Assembly: GCA_024704765.1 (NCBI GenBank)
Contig: JAKMXF010000029.1
Coordinates: forward strand, 1 to 64,000
Direction of reading: 5' to 3'
From: Oopsacas minuta
Taxonomy: Eukaryota; Animalia; Porifera
Length of the DNA stretch: 64,000 nt
The position numbers were made by a program, and so were the translations under genes. The notes beneath the pieces are model-generated. The model saw nothing but the letters and a program-made list of their open reading frames with translations, ran no database searches and had not been told where the DNA came from. Within the stretch, counting starts at the first letter, position 1. Each line of letters opens with the position of its first letter. This document shows, one piece after another, positions 45,396 to 59,030 of this stretch.

Positions 45396-46898
45396 GCTAA
45401 CCTAAGTAGACTAATTCAAGGAAAGAATACGTTATACAGTCGAAAACCGTGAATTCGAACTTTCACTAATTTCGAACAAATTTGTTTTTCCTATAAATTC
45501 TGTTCGATAGCTCGAACTTTTATAAATTGTAACAAATTTTGCTATTCATTGGAATTTTATAACAAAAATACCATATAAATACATCCATGATAATTCTCAG
45601 TTCTAACATCAATATAACTTTTATTCACTAAATCAAATCTCGTATAATCAATAATCAATTCACACCTCGTTTTTGGGTCAATAAGCTAGCCTAGCCGCAT
45701 CGAACGAGGGGTCGTATTGATCAAACATGTAGTCTGGATCAAAGTATGTGACTGCAGCATAGATAGTTGAATAGGCTCAGATTAGTGTCTAAAATATTAA
45801 TAGAAAATCTAATTCAAAATACGAATTCTATAAGTGTAAACCTTTTGAAGATATTTACCGGCCCCATGCGGCCGGTAAATGAGGGATTGCAGAACACTGA
45901 ATTAATATGCTGTCGGCACAATTGGAATTTGTTTTCTCTTTTAACATGACTAAGAAAATATTAGTACATTAATTGAGTAGGAAACATTATACAATATAAG
46001 TAAGCTTATGCAAGGATAATTAATCTATACTATTAAGTCCGGAGAGAGACATTTCTTTACAGATTTCTGTATATTATGTAAAGATTAAGATTAAGATCCA
46101 TCTATTGAATGTACAAGTATTATAGTTTCTTTAAAGTTATAATTTGGTCTAAGAGAATGATGCACGCAGAAAAAAATGTTCAAGCATATTGTTGTTTCTA
46201 TGTCAAGTGTTTGAGTATGAATTCTACGAATTCATCATCCAAATAAGTGAATTTTTAACTAATATAAAGAACTCATTTTCGTATCGTGTAACTCATTCAA
46301 AAATTAGTTGTTGAAAATTCGCAATGAATTGATACAGTTTGGCTCATGATTGTAAATACGTAGGATTGCTTCTCAGTCCACTTTACGTCTCTTATATATT
46401 ATTTATTCCTAAACTCTAATTAATACATTCTAAATTCAAATGGATTATTTATTGATATTCGGGGATACATTCATTAAACACAAATGGGCTGATCTCGTCC
46501 AGATAGCACAAGCGCATCGTCTCTCAACCGTGAAACTACCCTCGTTAATACAGAAAGGATATATCTTTACTGACAAATACATCATCAGAAGTATTAATTG
46601 CCCTGCCTTCTCGAAACGGACCTGTAAGTCTATTTTGAGAGTTTGTCCCTGGAATTGGATAAAGTATTCGTGAAGCTCGGAAAACCTTGCTTGAAGGCAG
46701 TATACAAAATCCCGTTAGACAAACCCTTTTAATTAATAGAATCAATAGTACAAATGAATTTGAACTTTCCTGGGAAATTGAGTAGATCTCGAATCTTCTT
46801 AATTTGGAGATAGGGATTAATTAAAACTTGAGGCTTCCTTGAATTTTCTCTTAAAAATATTCGCATAATTTTACTAAACAAAGAAAATAATTGTACTA

Positions 46899-46999
46899 CA
46901 GTCAACATCCGCTATCTCGAATGCCCGTAAACTCGAACATTTGTTATTTCGAACAGAATTTGATTTCCTTTGAGGGTTCGAGATAACGGATGTTGACTG
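46899..46999. mobile_element. pogo/Tigger-like MITE, 101 bp
   Basis: TIRs CAGTCAACATCCGCTATCTCGAA and TTCGAGATAACGGATGTTGACTG, TA on both sides. Related copy at about 48053-48120. Confidence 0.85.
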
Positions 47000-49319
47000 T
47001 ATATGTGAACGAGCAGAGAAATTCAATAAATTATCACAAATTAAAGATTCTACTGGTGTGCAGTTCATCGAGTTAAAGGGAGCTGTAACCTTAGACTGAT
47101 TTCTAAGTATTCACACAGAAATATGTACACAATTGTCCCTGTACACAATTGTCGCACCAAAATTAAGCACTAAGCTATACACAAGTGTCGTACTTCCATT
47201 AATCTCAATTATTGTTTGTTTGTTTGTCCGTTGTAAAGGAAATAATTTACTGTACGCAAATTTTAAAATTGTAGCATAACTATATATTTATCGTGTTAAG
47301 GAAGTAAATAGAATTCAATGGCACTTCACTAAATATATCGAACATGCTGAATCCGATTTCACACTTTTGGATTAATCATATGTAAATTTATTGTTGTTTT
47401 TATGAATATAAAGTAAACAAATTTGTAAATTTCATAATTGATGTTGATTTTTGATCTCAAAGGCTACAATTCAATAATATATATACCATATACGTATATT
47501 TGTAAATTCCATTCTTCTGAATTATCTATATTATAATACTCAAAGGTGACGTCACTTTGGAGAATAATGGATACCTCAAGGCGCAATGTGCCGAGTTCAT
47601 CGCGAACCAACGAGCCAAAGGCTCATTAATGTAAAATCTAGAAATATTATACTATTAACAGAAAGATTATTTTCTCATATGGGGACTCACTTTTTGCAAA
47701 GTGTTCTGTATCTCTTTTATACCTTCTTTGGAAAGTATATCGTAATCGTGTTTTGGTGGTGCTTATTCGAATTCGTAGCGAACGAATAGTTTCTAAACGA
47801 ACTACAATAGAACTTCCCAAAGTGGGGTGTCCAGGAAACATTCAATCAGTAGTTGCAGGATTACATGTGTACGATATATTCAAATATTCCGCAGTACCAC
47901 TTTTCGAAAGGGTGTGCCGCGTCTAAATCCTTATGTAAGAGTTCGAATAAAATAATAAGCATAATTTCCAAATCTCATGTTGAACTTTTCGCAGTGTGAA
48001 AATATGATTAATCATATGAGAAATGTCTCCACCTAAAAACCAATTGATTTACAGTCAACATTCGCTATCTAGAATAGATCTTTGATTTCCTAGAGGGTTT
48101 GAGTTAACAGATGTTAACCGTGTGGACTGTATTATCGCTGTGAGTGTAAGTAGGAACTAGCATTCACAGCCTGGAAAGCTGGATCAGTTTATCAAACTTG
48201 CAGCTCTAAAAAGGTATAATAATCAAGGGCGGATGCAGGAATATTGTAAAGGAGGGTTGTAGAGCAGATAGCTAATGCATTTACTCTAGGTACCCAAATT
48301 TCCCAATAACCTGATCTGGTTATATGAATTTTAGAGGTTACAACGCCACAAAGCCCTGGATTACTGTGGAATTTGCAAAATCTGTAGTATTGGGAATGCT
48401 AGCAACCCTTGTAGCAACCAGAGGCGCAGCTAGCATTTAAGAGGAAATGCCAGCTACGCTTTTGGATCCACTCCTGATAATATATCCTTAAATTTTCTAT
48501 ACCTGAGGAATTAAGAAAACACTCAAGATTTGACGACAGATTCAGAAACAAACCAATTGGACAAGGATAATTTCTTTTTGGCATTTGTCAGAAATCAGAA
48601 TCAAACTTTCTGGGCCGGTCCTTCCACTAAACTAACCAGAGACAGTAGACTAGGACAGATCGAATTTTGTGCAGTGCGCATGTATATACATACATCACAT
48701 GCGCTGACATGAGTAAGAGGGAAAAACTAAATTATAGAAACATCACTCTTAAGTAATTGTCGAAACAAACATGCATCTTCTCTACCGAATAAACCTTGCT
48801 CCCGCTTATTCATTTTTGCGAAATATTATCTCTCCAAATTGGTTTTAAAAGAATTATGGAACTATACAGCAATTCTGTAATGATTTGCTGAACCCCTTGT
48901 GAACATCAGGCCAATTGTTAATATCAGGTGTCAAAATGTAGTACGCGCTAGGCGCTACCATTTGATAATAAGTGCTGAACCAGAAAAAATATAGAAATTA
49001 AAAATAATATACACATATCAAACATTGTTAATCTTCTGCGAAATTGAACATAAACGCAATAAATAATAACCATACCAATCAGAGTATATAATAACAATAT
49101 TAATATCAAACTATTCTAAATTGGACTAATAATATAGTTCATGTTAGGAAACAAGAAACTTTATTAAACTTAATTGACTTCAGGATTCATGTTTGAATTG
49201 TAATAAGATAGAGATGGGAATAGGGGGATTTCAAAATTATGTAAAAGAGTGCAGTGGTGGATAACTGAGAATAGATTATACTCGTATGTGAGTGAATCGT
49301 TGTTGATATCCATGGTTGG

Positions 49320-52085
49320 TTACATGGGAGGATAGATTAGTTTTTTGATGGTAGTCAAATTCTGAAAGAGATCGTTGTATTGATCAGATGACATGTATTT
49401 TACTATCAGCATTCTTCCTACACAAGGAATAGTAGATTTAATATATGGTATGTAGAAAATGAATTAGTTGTTGTGCTTTGATAATTATTATTTAGTAGCC
49501 ATAATGAGTATATTCGGTATTATACAGTAATATGATAAATTAGATATAACTTACTTCTGTACCAAGCTCCATGTAGAGCTCTATACGCCCCTGCTGCTGC
49601 ATGTATAGACTCCATCTTAACATAGACGCACCCCTACAAATAAATACACAAGTTGAATAAAAAATAATCATAGACTATAATTTGATATAATAATTCAAAC
49701 TAACAATGTTAGATCTCCTGTCTACGTGAACATCTAGCACTCCTCCGTGAGGAATACACTGGTCTAGAATACAGTACTCTATGTAGTATGAAATGTCACA
49801 ATCCAAAACTCTAAAAATTATTAAGTTATAATATACAATAAATATTTTCTTTTTGACCAGCAACCTAAGTATATAAGTACACCACTCACACAGCCGAATA
49901 ATTAAAATATATCGGCACAGTAAAAACAAAGAAGCATGTAGAAAACAATCAGAACAATCCAAAAGTGCAATTTAATGAAGTTTATTCTAAAGATGCCTAA
50001 TGCTACAATCGCAATATATTCAACAATAAATTATTACACATCATTAGAGATAATATTTTAAATGATAAGCTAGATAGAACACTCACTTGGTTTCATTTTT
50101 GAACACATTCTCCACTCTGAAACATTGAGAAGGAGTTCCGTTGGGTGGAGCCACCTTAGAGTCTACTCCTGGTGGATAGTCGTCTAGAGCTAGAATAATA
50201 CAACGATAATACTAGTATCAGTAGGCTGATGGAAGTAATAAGTAGTACAGACAGACAAATCGGCGCAATTCAACAAGTATCGTATGTAATTATGATATTA
50301 CCTCAAGAACGAGACTCGAAACAAAAGATTATTAGAATATATTATGTCTGCATAGATATATGTGTAGTATTTATTTTAATAGTAAACAAATTGCAAGATT
50401 GTATCATTGACCAATTTAGTAACTTAGGTAAAATAACGAAAATAGAGTATCTAACTACAGAGTACAGACCACACAAATAATAATATTAACATAATTATTA
50501 ACTGAGTTGTTTAATACGTCTTTCAATGAAGACGTATTACGTATAATACGTATTATACGTTCAATCTACAATTTTTGGTGATGAAACTTCTATTAGGCTG
50601 ATATTTCTGCGGTAATTATTTTGCATCAAAACAGTAGTTCTCGAATTGTTAATGAGACATCTCAGCATAGCTAACCAAATTATGTAATACTTGATAATAA
50701 TGTGACGTATACAAGTCTAACAATGTCAAAATCTCATATTTCGAGATTAACCTAGACGTATAATACGTCAAATAGATTACGTACAACGTATTATACGTTA
50801 TACGCGTATTATACAACTTAGATGATTAGTAGATTGATAAATAGATTGTTTACCTCTTCCTTGCCAGCATGACATTCTCTCTTTCACTTCACTACTCTAA
50901 AACGAACTCATTAAACACACATAAATATTAACAAATTATCAGAATATATTCCATAATAGTTGTAGATTTCTAAATTTCTAAATTTTTCATTTATACGTAT
51001 ACGTATATTACAATGTTATACTCACGTCTGTTGGCATTGGTTCTAATTCAATCCATTTCCACACTTCTACATCAGCTCCTTCAATTCTCCTCATCTCATT
51101 CCTAACTCTGCTTTCATTACAACTGATGTAATCTACTGCTTTCCTCCATAGCTTGTATTTAGAAGTTCTATAGAGATTACATTCAATATGGAGTATATTA
51201 TTAACATTATGGCAAAAGTGTGAGAGCATTGCATATTTATTCAGGGCTTAGTGCAAGTATTTTTTATTAATAAACCATATTAAACTGTTGACTAATTATT
51301 AGATGTACCTCCCTAGCTTGATTATAATATAGAGTTAATTATTACAGAATATATGTGTGAGCTAGCTGAATGGGAGAGTTTTTTTTATTTCGGCGCTGAT
51401 TATAGGTATCAAATCATGAAACAAATGAAAGTATTAACACTAAGCAACAATAATGATACTAGATCTTGGATGGAGAGATTGTGTTAGAGCTTATCTGCTC
51501 GTCAGCTAAATCACAGGTAATTAGGTCCGATTAACAGAAATTACTTTCTCATTCGAAGTTTTTCCAATTCTAATAATTTCGTTAACGTGAGACAGTTGTG
51601 TACTCATAGTTTATACTCAAATATACTACCAATAATGTGTATAATAATTATAAGAGACAGAAACAAAGTATCATAAGTAAATATTCTATATAAACTATAC
51701 CTGTCTTTCTCTGGGATAATCTGATCCCTCAGATGAGTGATTAAATGGAATTTAGTTATTCCTCCGTATTGTTTTGTAGCAATATATTCCTTACGTAGAA
51801 TATCTGGAGTGTGACAGCATAAATACGATAATGATATCATCAGAATGAATCATGTTATTATACTTACTGCTAATCTTGTGTATTATGGCAAACATCTCTT
51901 CCAAGTCTCCCATTCTCTTCTGGTGAATGTAATAGAAGATGTAGAGGAAGGTTAGATTCAAGAATAGCACTAAAATGAATATAAATATATTAATCAAATA
52001 AGGTTTATACTAAAATTATCGCAAATACAAGGATAGAATACTTGATTCGAGAGCGAAACTGGGAGGAGGTACATGCAGTCATGCA
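49320..52085 (-). CDS. LEMD3: LEMD3/MAN1 inner nuclear membrane protein, 3' exons (TM2, winged-helix region, C-terminal UHM/RRM)
   Basis: Phase-compatible GT-AG exons: 51969-51868 (LFLNLTFLYIFYYIHQKRMGDLEEMFAIIHKIS), 51803-51701 (ILRKEY..THLRDQIIPEKDR), 51167-51026 (LWRKAVDYISCNESRVRNEMRRIEGADVEVWKWI), 50896-50854 (SCWQGR), 50189-50087 (APPNGTPSQCFRVENVF), 49810-49705 (CIPHGGVLDVHVDRRS), 49633-49555 (GCVYVK..YRALHGAWY), 49417-49320 (RMLIVKY..LIYPPM*). Matches recalled MAN1 motifs [39 protein letters not shown] and GCVYVKC..FKALHGSWF. The junction around 52085-51970 is unresolved. Confidence 0.9.
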
Positions 52086-54122
52086 CTATATAATACTTAT
52101 TGAGTATTCGATACATATAGGTGTATAATTGTCCTAGATATAACTGTTTCACTCCCCATCCTTTTTCCAGTACAATGAGGCCTGATTTCTTAAAGGGTAT
52201 CACTACAACTACCATATGACTGTATGAGACAGAAATAATTGTGTTAACATCTGGTTTAGTGATATAATTTGATAAAGGGCATTAGGAATGTTACATACGG
52301 ACAGAGATACAACAAAAGAACAAATGAATCTAGGAAATGTTAAAGAGAGCTTACTACCTGTCTGTGAGTATTATCAGCAGAATACAATGTGCTGCAAACT
52401 TTACAGGTATCGACATGTGTTTATAAGGAAAAGCAGTTTGATTTCAAATATAATTCAGAGAAACTGTGAATATTTGTCACAGTAGGTTTCTCAGTTATTA
52501 CATTACTAATTATTTCTTAAATATGATGTTAAGTAGTACATTACTATCAGTATATATTGACAAATGTATGTAAATCATATAAGAGATTACAATTCATTAT
52601 AGCAGCCATTGGATAGAAAACGTGTTGATTAGTAACCGGAGAAATAGCACGATAAATAAGTTAGAAGGGACAAACATATGAATATATACTATACGAGCGC
52701 TACGTGGTTGCGAACACTTCTTGCCCACACTCTGGCCTATGACCCTCGAGTACATAAACTCAAAATCTTAAACGTAGCAAACATGATACTGCCATAATCT
52801 TTAAATCTGCTTACTTTATGTCCCCAAAAGTGAACAAATATTTATGAAACGTTGTTTACAATATCATATTCGGACTCGGCATATTCGATTACTCCAGTAT
52901 AGCCGTTAAATGTATGTTTCCTCCCACAATTTTGAAATTTGTTTACTTTATGTACCTAAAAGTTAACAAATATTCTTCAATCATATTGGCTGAGCAGTGG
53001 TTAATAATGTGATTATTCGATAATCCAAGAGGTGATAATGGCGTTATAATTTCGTAGTAGGTGTGAATTTTCGTCCAAGTCTCGAACTTGTCCGAGCCAG
53101 GCCCAAAATATCCCTGTATGCCAAAAATCAGCCTGAGGGTCCTTCAGTTTCTTCAATCAATTCTGGACACAAACATAAATACATAGGTTTTAATAATATA
53201 GATTTGTTATCATAACTATCAGTAATGTTACCAGTAAAGTAGTTATAGGAAATTATCCATAGTAATATTTTTTCATTAGCTAACTTAATACAAATTGACT
53301 GATATAACTATTCAACCAATATATATCCTTGTGGATCGTATAGCCTCGGAAGCGAAGCACATTATATTTCCATAATCAAAAGATAGAAGGAATGAAATCA
53401 GTTACGATACTGTTAACACAATATATTATCGTTAAGAAATCATTTAAATGTTGTGTCAATGCAAGTTTTCACATAATCAACTGAATACTAACATACAGCA
53501 ATCTAATACATGTGTAGCAAGGTTCCACATAGTCCAATGGAGTGATTGTAAAAGGAATCAGCTAGTCAGCCATCAAGACTGTCCTCACTAAACTAGCAAT
53601 TCATAACATGTTATCAGTTTATGCTAATCTGTTACTGCCTGAAATATCTTAGGCGTAGAAGACGGAAACGTTAAACATTCTGAATAATTAACAGAAAATT
53701 AGATGGAAATTAATCGAAAGAAGGATTGGACATCTTACAATTTCAATGAAATCTGTTTGAAATTTGCATTTTAAATCGAAACAACAATTTAGATTCATTA
53801 GGCGTCGCACAGCTGATCAATCTGTACGCCAATTAGGTGTCTATAGATAACAAGCTATATCACCAAATTCTTCGAATAAGATGCATTAATGCTATAAGTT
53901 AAAATATGTTACATTGTAATACGAATTAGAGAGGCGTACCAGGAATAGCAATAGCTCATAACACAGTAATATTGGACAATAAAATCAAGTATCCCGATAC
54001 AACCGTATTGGGATAATATTGAGAAACAATTGATAAATAATTCTTCTGGTTGGGCGAACGAATATTCGAATATTCATACGATTAGAAATTAGAATGATTT
54101 CTCAATCAAAAGTTAAATAGTC

Positions 54123-54326
54123 TAACTAATCTCCATAGTCAATACTTTAACCAATCCCAATACTCAATACTTTAACTAATCCCCATACTCAATACTTTAA
54201 CCAATCCCCATACTCAATACTTTAACTAATCCCCATACTCAATACTTTAACTAATCCCCATACTCAATACTTTAACTAATCCCAATACTCAATACTTTAA
54301 CTAATCCCCATACTCAATACTTTAAC
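54123..54326 (+). repeat. Minisatellite, 25-bp period, about 8 copies
   Basis: Unit ATACTCAATACTTTAACTAATCCCC. AATACTTTAAC recurs at 54141, 54166, 54191, 54216, 54241, 54266, 54291 and 54316. Confidence 0.95.
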
Positions 54327-57300
54327 ATTATGTGTATTGCAATTGTATGTACATAATACTAATGAATTAAATTTTAGAAATAAGAGAATGCAATACATAA
54401 TTGATTCGGGAATCGGGATGCCCCATTGGAAATAAATAAGTAAATTAGTAGGTATAATTCTATGCTCGAAATAGGGTATAAAATAACTAGAACAATACGA
54501 ATAATTTGATATAGTAATATTACTGTGTAGGAGGAGGTAGACATTTAATTACCAAATGTACTGAAGGACAATGTTATGTAAAATAATATATTCAGACAAA
54601 TAAATTGGATTAAAAAGAGACAATTCCAATTAGCACGAACAAACTAAATCTGTTTGTCAAAATAATAGGAATTTTGTCTAAGAGAGCAAGTTATCTATCA
54701 CAGATTATTAAAAGTAAGTGTAGGAGAATATAGATGGAATATTGCAATTAGCGTGATTCCCATAAATCCTTATAAAATTTACAAATAGTATTAATTAGTT
54801 CAAAGCTTCACTGGCAGTCAGAACCATAAATAATAAGAGAACGGAATAGTGTGTGAAACCTAGTTAGAGTGTGTCGTGATAGAGATTAGATGGTATTACA
54901 CTTAACAACTAACTGATAAATGTAGTATAGAACTAGAGTATGGCCATTAAGGTTACGGATGTAAATTTCGTTAGTGAATGTATCATATATGGATATTTGA
55001 GTATTAGTCAATAGAGATGTTTCAGACAATCAGGAACTCCAATAAATTGGAACAAACCCCTTACAATAAATTCCTTGGATCTTGAAACATTTCCTAGATT
55101 TCCAAGTTCACATCTCTAATATAATAATAATTTCAGGCTGTTATTTGGGAAAAAGGTACGCGCGCGCATACATTAGCAAATATTCCGCTGGATAATCCAG
55201 GGATCCGAGAGGATTGGCAAGTAAGGAAATATCTTATAGCTACAGTACATACCACAAAGAAGATCCAAGATTTTGGAAGTATGTTGAGAAATAAGTTCCG
55301 CAGAAAAATGCTAAAATGTGGCTTGTTCAGTAATATGGTCAGTGAAATAGAGTAATAATATTAAATATCCAACTTATATGCAAGCTTTTAATGAATTTTC
55401 TTCACACAAGTTGGTATGCATGGTAATGTGACACTGTCTAAAGTAAAAGTGTTGTTCATTCCACTTGTGTTAAAAACTAATCCTCCCACCATAATACTTT
55501 AAACTAACAAGTTTATCTAATTGCATTAACAGATTGCTTACTAGATAATAAACTCAATAATTTAGAATATTTCAATGATATGAGATTTCCAGAAAACAAC
55601 CCATCATTTTAGCCAGAATAATAAAAATTCTATGAAAAATCTTACATAATATACTATCCGTTAACTCAATAGTTTACTAAATACTATTACACTATTGTTA
55701 ATAAGTTAGAGGTAATAATTAAATTTGTTAGAATCACTCACGGGGATATTAATCTTATTGTATGTAAATACATATACAATACACTGTTATGGGGAAAAAA
55801 GCTGTTTGAATTAACGAATATTCGAATTATTGAATGGAGGAATATATATAATAATACCACTCAAGGGAAAAAAATTTGTTTGAATTAGTGTTAGTTCGAA
55901 TTACAGTTGTCGACTGTATTATCTAAACCAAATATCATTCTCAAAAATACAGCTTAGCACTTTCTAAAATGTGATCGAAAAGTTTAAGTGTAATACAGTG
56001 GGTATCGCTTACAATAAGAACCATTGTCTAGAAAACGGTTCTCATATATTATTGTATGTTTGGCTAAATTCCAAGAAGAACTGCTCTATGACTTACTATA
56101 GATACAGCTTGCTAAGCAAAGAATTGCCAAAATAATTTCCAGGCAATTGATAATATTCAAAATGATAATGAAGAAATTCACAAATCGTGATGAATTCAAC
56201 TATTATTAGTTATCACATATCTTACAAGTTTACCCATTGAATTTCAACTTTATGTAGTTGTTCACGACTGAGACATCTAGAACACATTTGAGCATGATTA
56301 GTCAGTAATTCTAACCACAATGACGCAATCAAAATTCGTATCAATTTATGGACAAAATATGGTAAAGATAATTTTAAGGGAGCACCTACCCTCTGATCCC
56401 GCAGTGTAGATGCCGCAATTCACCAGACCTTGACTGTAACTTAGAAATATGTAAAAATATGATTAATTATATGATAAATCGTGTAAATATAGATTTGAAA
56501 TCTACACACCCAATTACCCCTGCAAACATGTTGAAACCTAATCTTTAGCATGCTTTTAATTTTTTAATATAAAGCTCTAAAAATATGATTAATCACCACA
56601 AAGGTGTGAAATTTCACTTTAGAAATAATTCAACCCGAGGTGCTAATCTCTGCCCCAAAATGTATATGTATGCTAATTTTCATATAAATCTGACCGTTAG
56701 ATTTCGTACGGAAGCGCAGACTTACGGACGCACGGACAGACCTAAGGACGTCACACATCGTCTATGCCATTAGGGCATCTCCCTATAGGAGCTGCACTGA
56801 AAAGAAACAAAAAATAACATAACAATTGTTCCACCCGTTTACAGGTTTCCATAGCCTGCATACAGACACATAGGTTATAGACTGGCATGTTGAAACAATG
56901 GTATTTTACAGAATACCTGATAATGGTAACCGGTAGGATGACGCCTGTTATTCTCAGTCTAGTCGACTAAAGCAAAGGTAGAAACATACAGACTAAACAC
57001 AAAGCTTCATAAATGTTCTATGTATGGCTACAGAAGCTAGACAGAAGCTGGAATTTCAACTAAATGTGAGAGTTCAAAATATGAAGAGAATAATATAACA
57101 CAGAATGGGATCAATAATGAGAGAATTATGTATTTAAATGTGACGTCATTGAATCAGACAGTCGCTTGTGAATATAATGATCACATCACTTAAGGCAAGT
57201 TAATAACATTCTGATTGTTAAGAAAAGCCTTACAGAAGGTAATTATGGTTTGTAATATCAGTTATGTAATGAATTGTGTAATACCATATTATTGTCCTCC

Positions 57301-58779
57301 ATTCAGTTTATAGTGTAGACTTTATATTATTATTTGAATTACTAAAGTGTTATTTGCTACTTACCGACGCGCAGGGTTGGGACAATCACAATCATAATTG
57401 TGAAATTGTAATGTAATTGTAATTGGAAATATTAGTCTCAAGATTCAATGGTTATACCGCGGTAGTCGAGTATGCTGATTCCAAATTTCGTACTTTCAAG
57501 GTACTTATGTGTAAATAATAGTTGGTCTTAAGAAAAAATTCTAGGCACGAAGTGTCGAGCTACATACGAACACAGAGTGTCCCAAGCCGAGCAACGCAAG
57601 CAAGCGAAGCGGGTCGTTGGGATTAATTGTAATTGAATTTTCCAATTGGGGTAATTGTTCGGTTACTTTTCAATTAGATTTTAATTTTTCATGGGTGTGA
57701 ATACTAAAGAAATTTATGTAATTGTGAATGTCAAATAGAATTATTAATTAGTACTCATTAACAAGGAAGCCAATAATCTTATCTTTATTAATTAATTAGC
57801 AGTTTTGTCATACTTAAATAGCAAAGTTAATTACGTATTGGAATTCGTAATTGTGGGAATCTATATTATTAGATGGATATTTTCGTCTGTTTGTTCGTTG
57901 TCAAAGAAAGGATTTATGGAATGTTGCACCGAATTCGAATTTATTAATTCTGAGATGTCGCATAACTTTGTATTTTAGTGTGAATCAAGAAAGTAAACAG
58001 AATTCAATAAAATTGATAAACCCAACATACTAAATCCGATTTTCACACTTTTGAATTATTCATATGTAAACTTATTTGTTTGTTCTTATGAATGTGAAGT
58101 AAACAAATAGTGTTAATTGATTAATTAATCTATAAAATGGTGGTCTGAGGATCTGGCACACCCATGGCCGATCTGGGGAAAGGATTTTCAAATCCGGTGC
58201 AAATGCCCCGTTTGCTTCCACTCCCCTGGGACCGCCACTGACTGTGACAAGGCGGGCCTTCAAATTGTAAATGAATTAAGTTTCGTTTAATGAACTAACC
58301 AGCTAGATATTTCCACGTGTAGCAAACTGCACTGTAGAGTGATAAGAAAACTAAGCATTGGATAGGTTTGTAAGGATTGTGAGATATAAGCTTATCCACT
58401 TCTTGATAATAACTAATATTAGATGAATCAGCTCCAATTAAAATCTCTGAATCTTCTCCACTCAGTAAACTAACAATCATAGACGGATAGAGTTAATATA
58501 TTGTATTGTAAAACAGGATATTTTTACAGATCATGTTTGATGACAGCAAATCCGCAGAGTATATAGTATAGTATTGAATATACGAACATACAACCCAATC
58601 TGGATTTGTATTGAATCTAAAGTGAGCTTGCATCTACTATAAATTGCCCGATATTTCTATTGTTAGTTGATAAGATTTGACATTCAAATCCTGTACTTTG
58701 TTGCATGCCATATTTCCAATTAACCATTAAGAGTAATACATTCCTTAAGAACAGCTGTATTAATACTATACTAGCATAC

Positions 58780-59030
58780 AAAATAGCTGCTAATATCATG
58801 TACCAGATCGCTAGCTAAAGTGTGGATTCTCCACACAGCTGTTCTAATTGAATACAGAGTAATAATTATAGGGAGTTTGCTAGGAAGCACGTATGTGTAT
58901 TAAATGTGATTTATCATTGATAAACTTACCTAACACCCCAATGAGGATTGTGTGCAAACAGCCATAGAGAGTGTTCAAATGCTTCCGATAGCTCGTTAAG
59001 ACAAATATAAAATTTGAACTTGGATTCATT
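58780..59030 (-). CDS. Two candidate exons, possibly the luminal domain of LEMD3/MAN1
   Basis: 59030-58930 (NESKFKFYICLNELSEAFEHSLWLFAHNPHWGVR) and 58843-58780 (TAVWRIHTLASDLVHDISSYF) have GT-AG sites and compatible phases. Weak resemblance to recalled MAN1 FNTSLQWILENGKDVGIR. Confidence 0.5.

Noticed and set aside
45853-45880. Small hairpin ATTTACCGGCC-ccatgc-GGCCGGTAAAT as a terminator
   Set aside because: Intrinsic terminators are not relevant in this eukaryotic context. It is more likely a repeat remnant.
49320-50189. RBM39/CAPER splicing factor
   Set aside because: The UHM exons resemble RBM39, but the upstream exons encode a TM helix and the MAN1-specific NESRV..RRI.GAD..VW.WI and WQG motifs, so LEMD3 fits better.
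54123-54326. CRISPR array
   Set aside because: Contiguous tandem units with no unique spacers, no cas genes, and a eukaryotic context.
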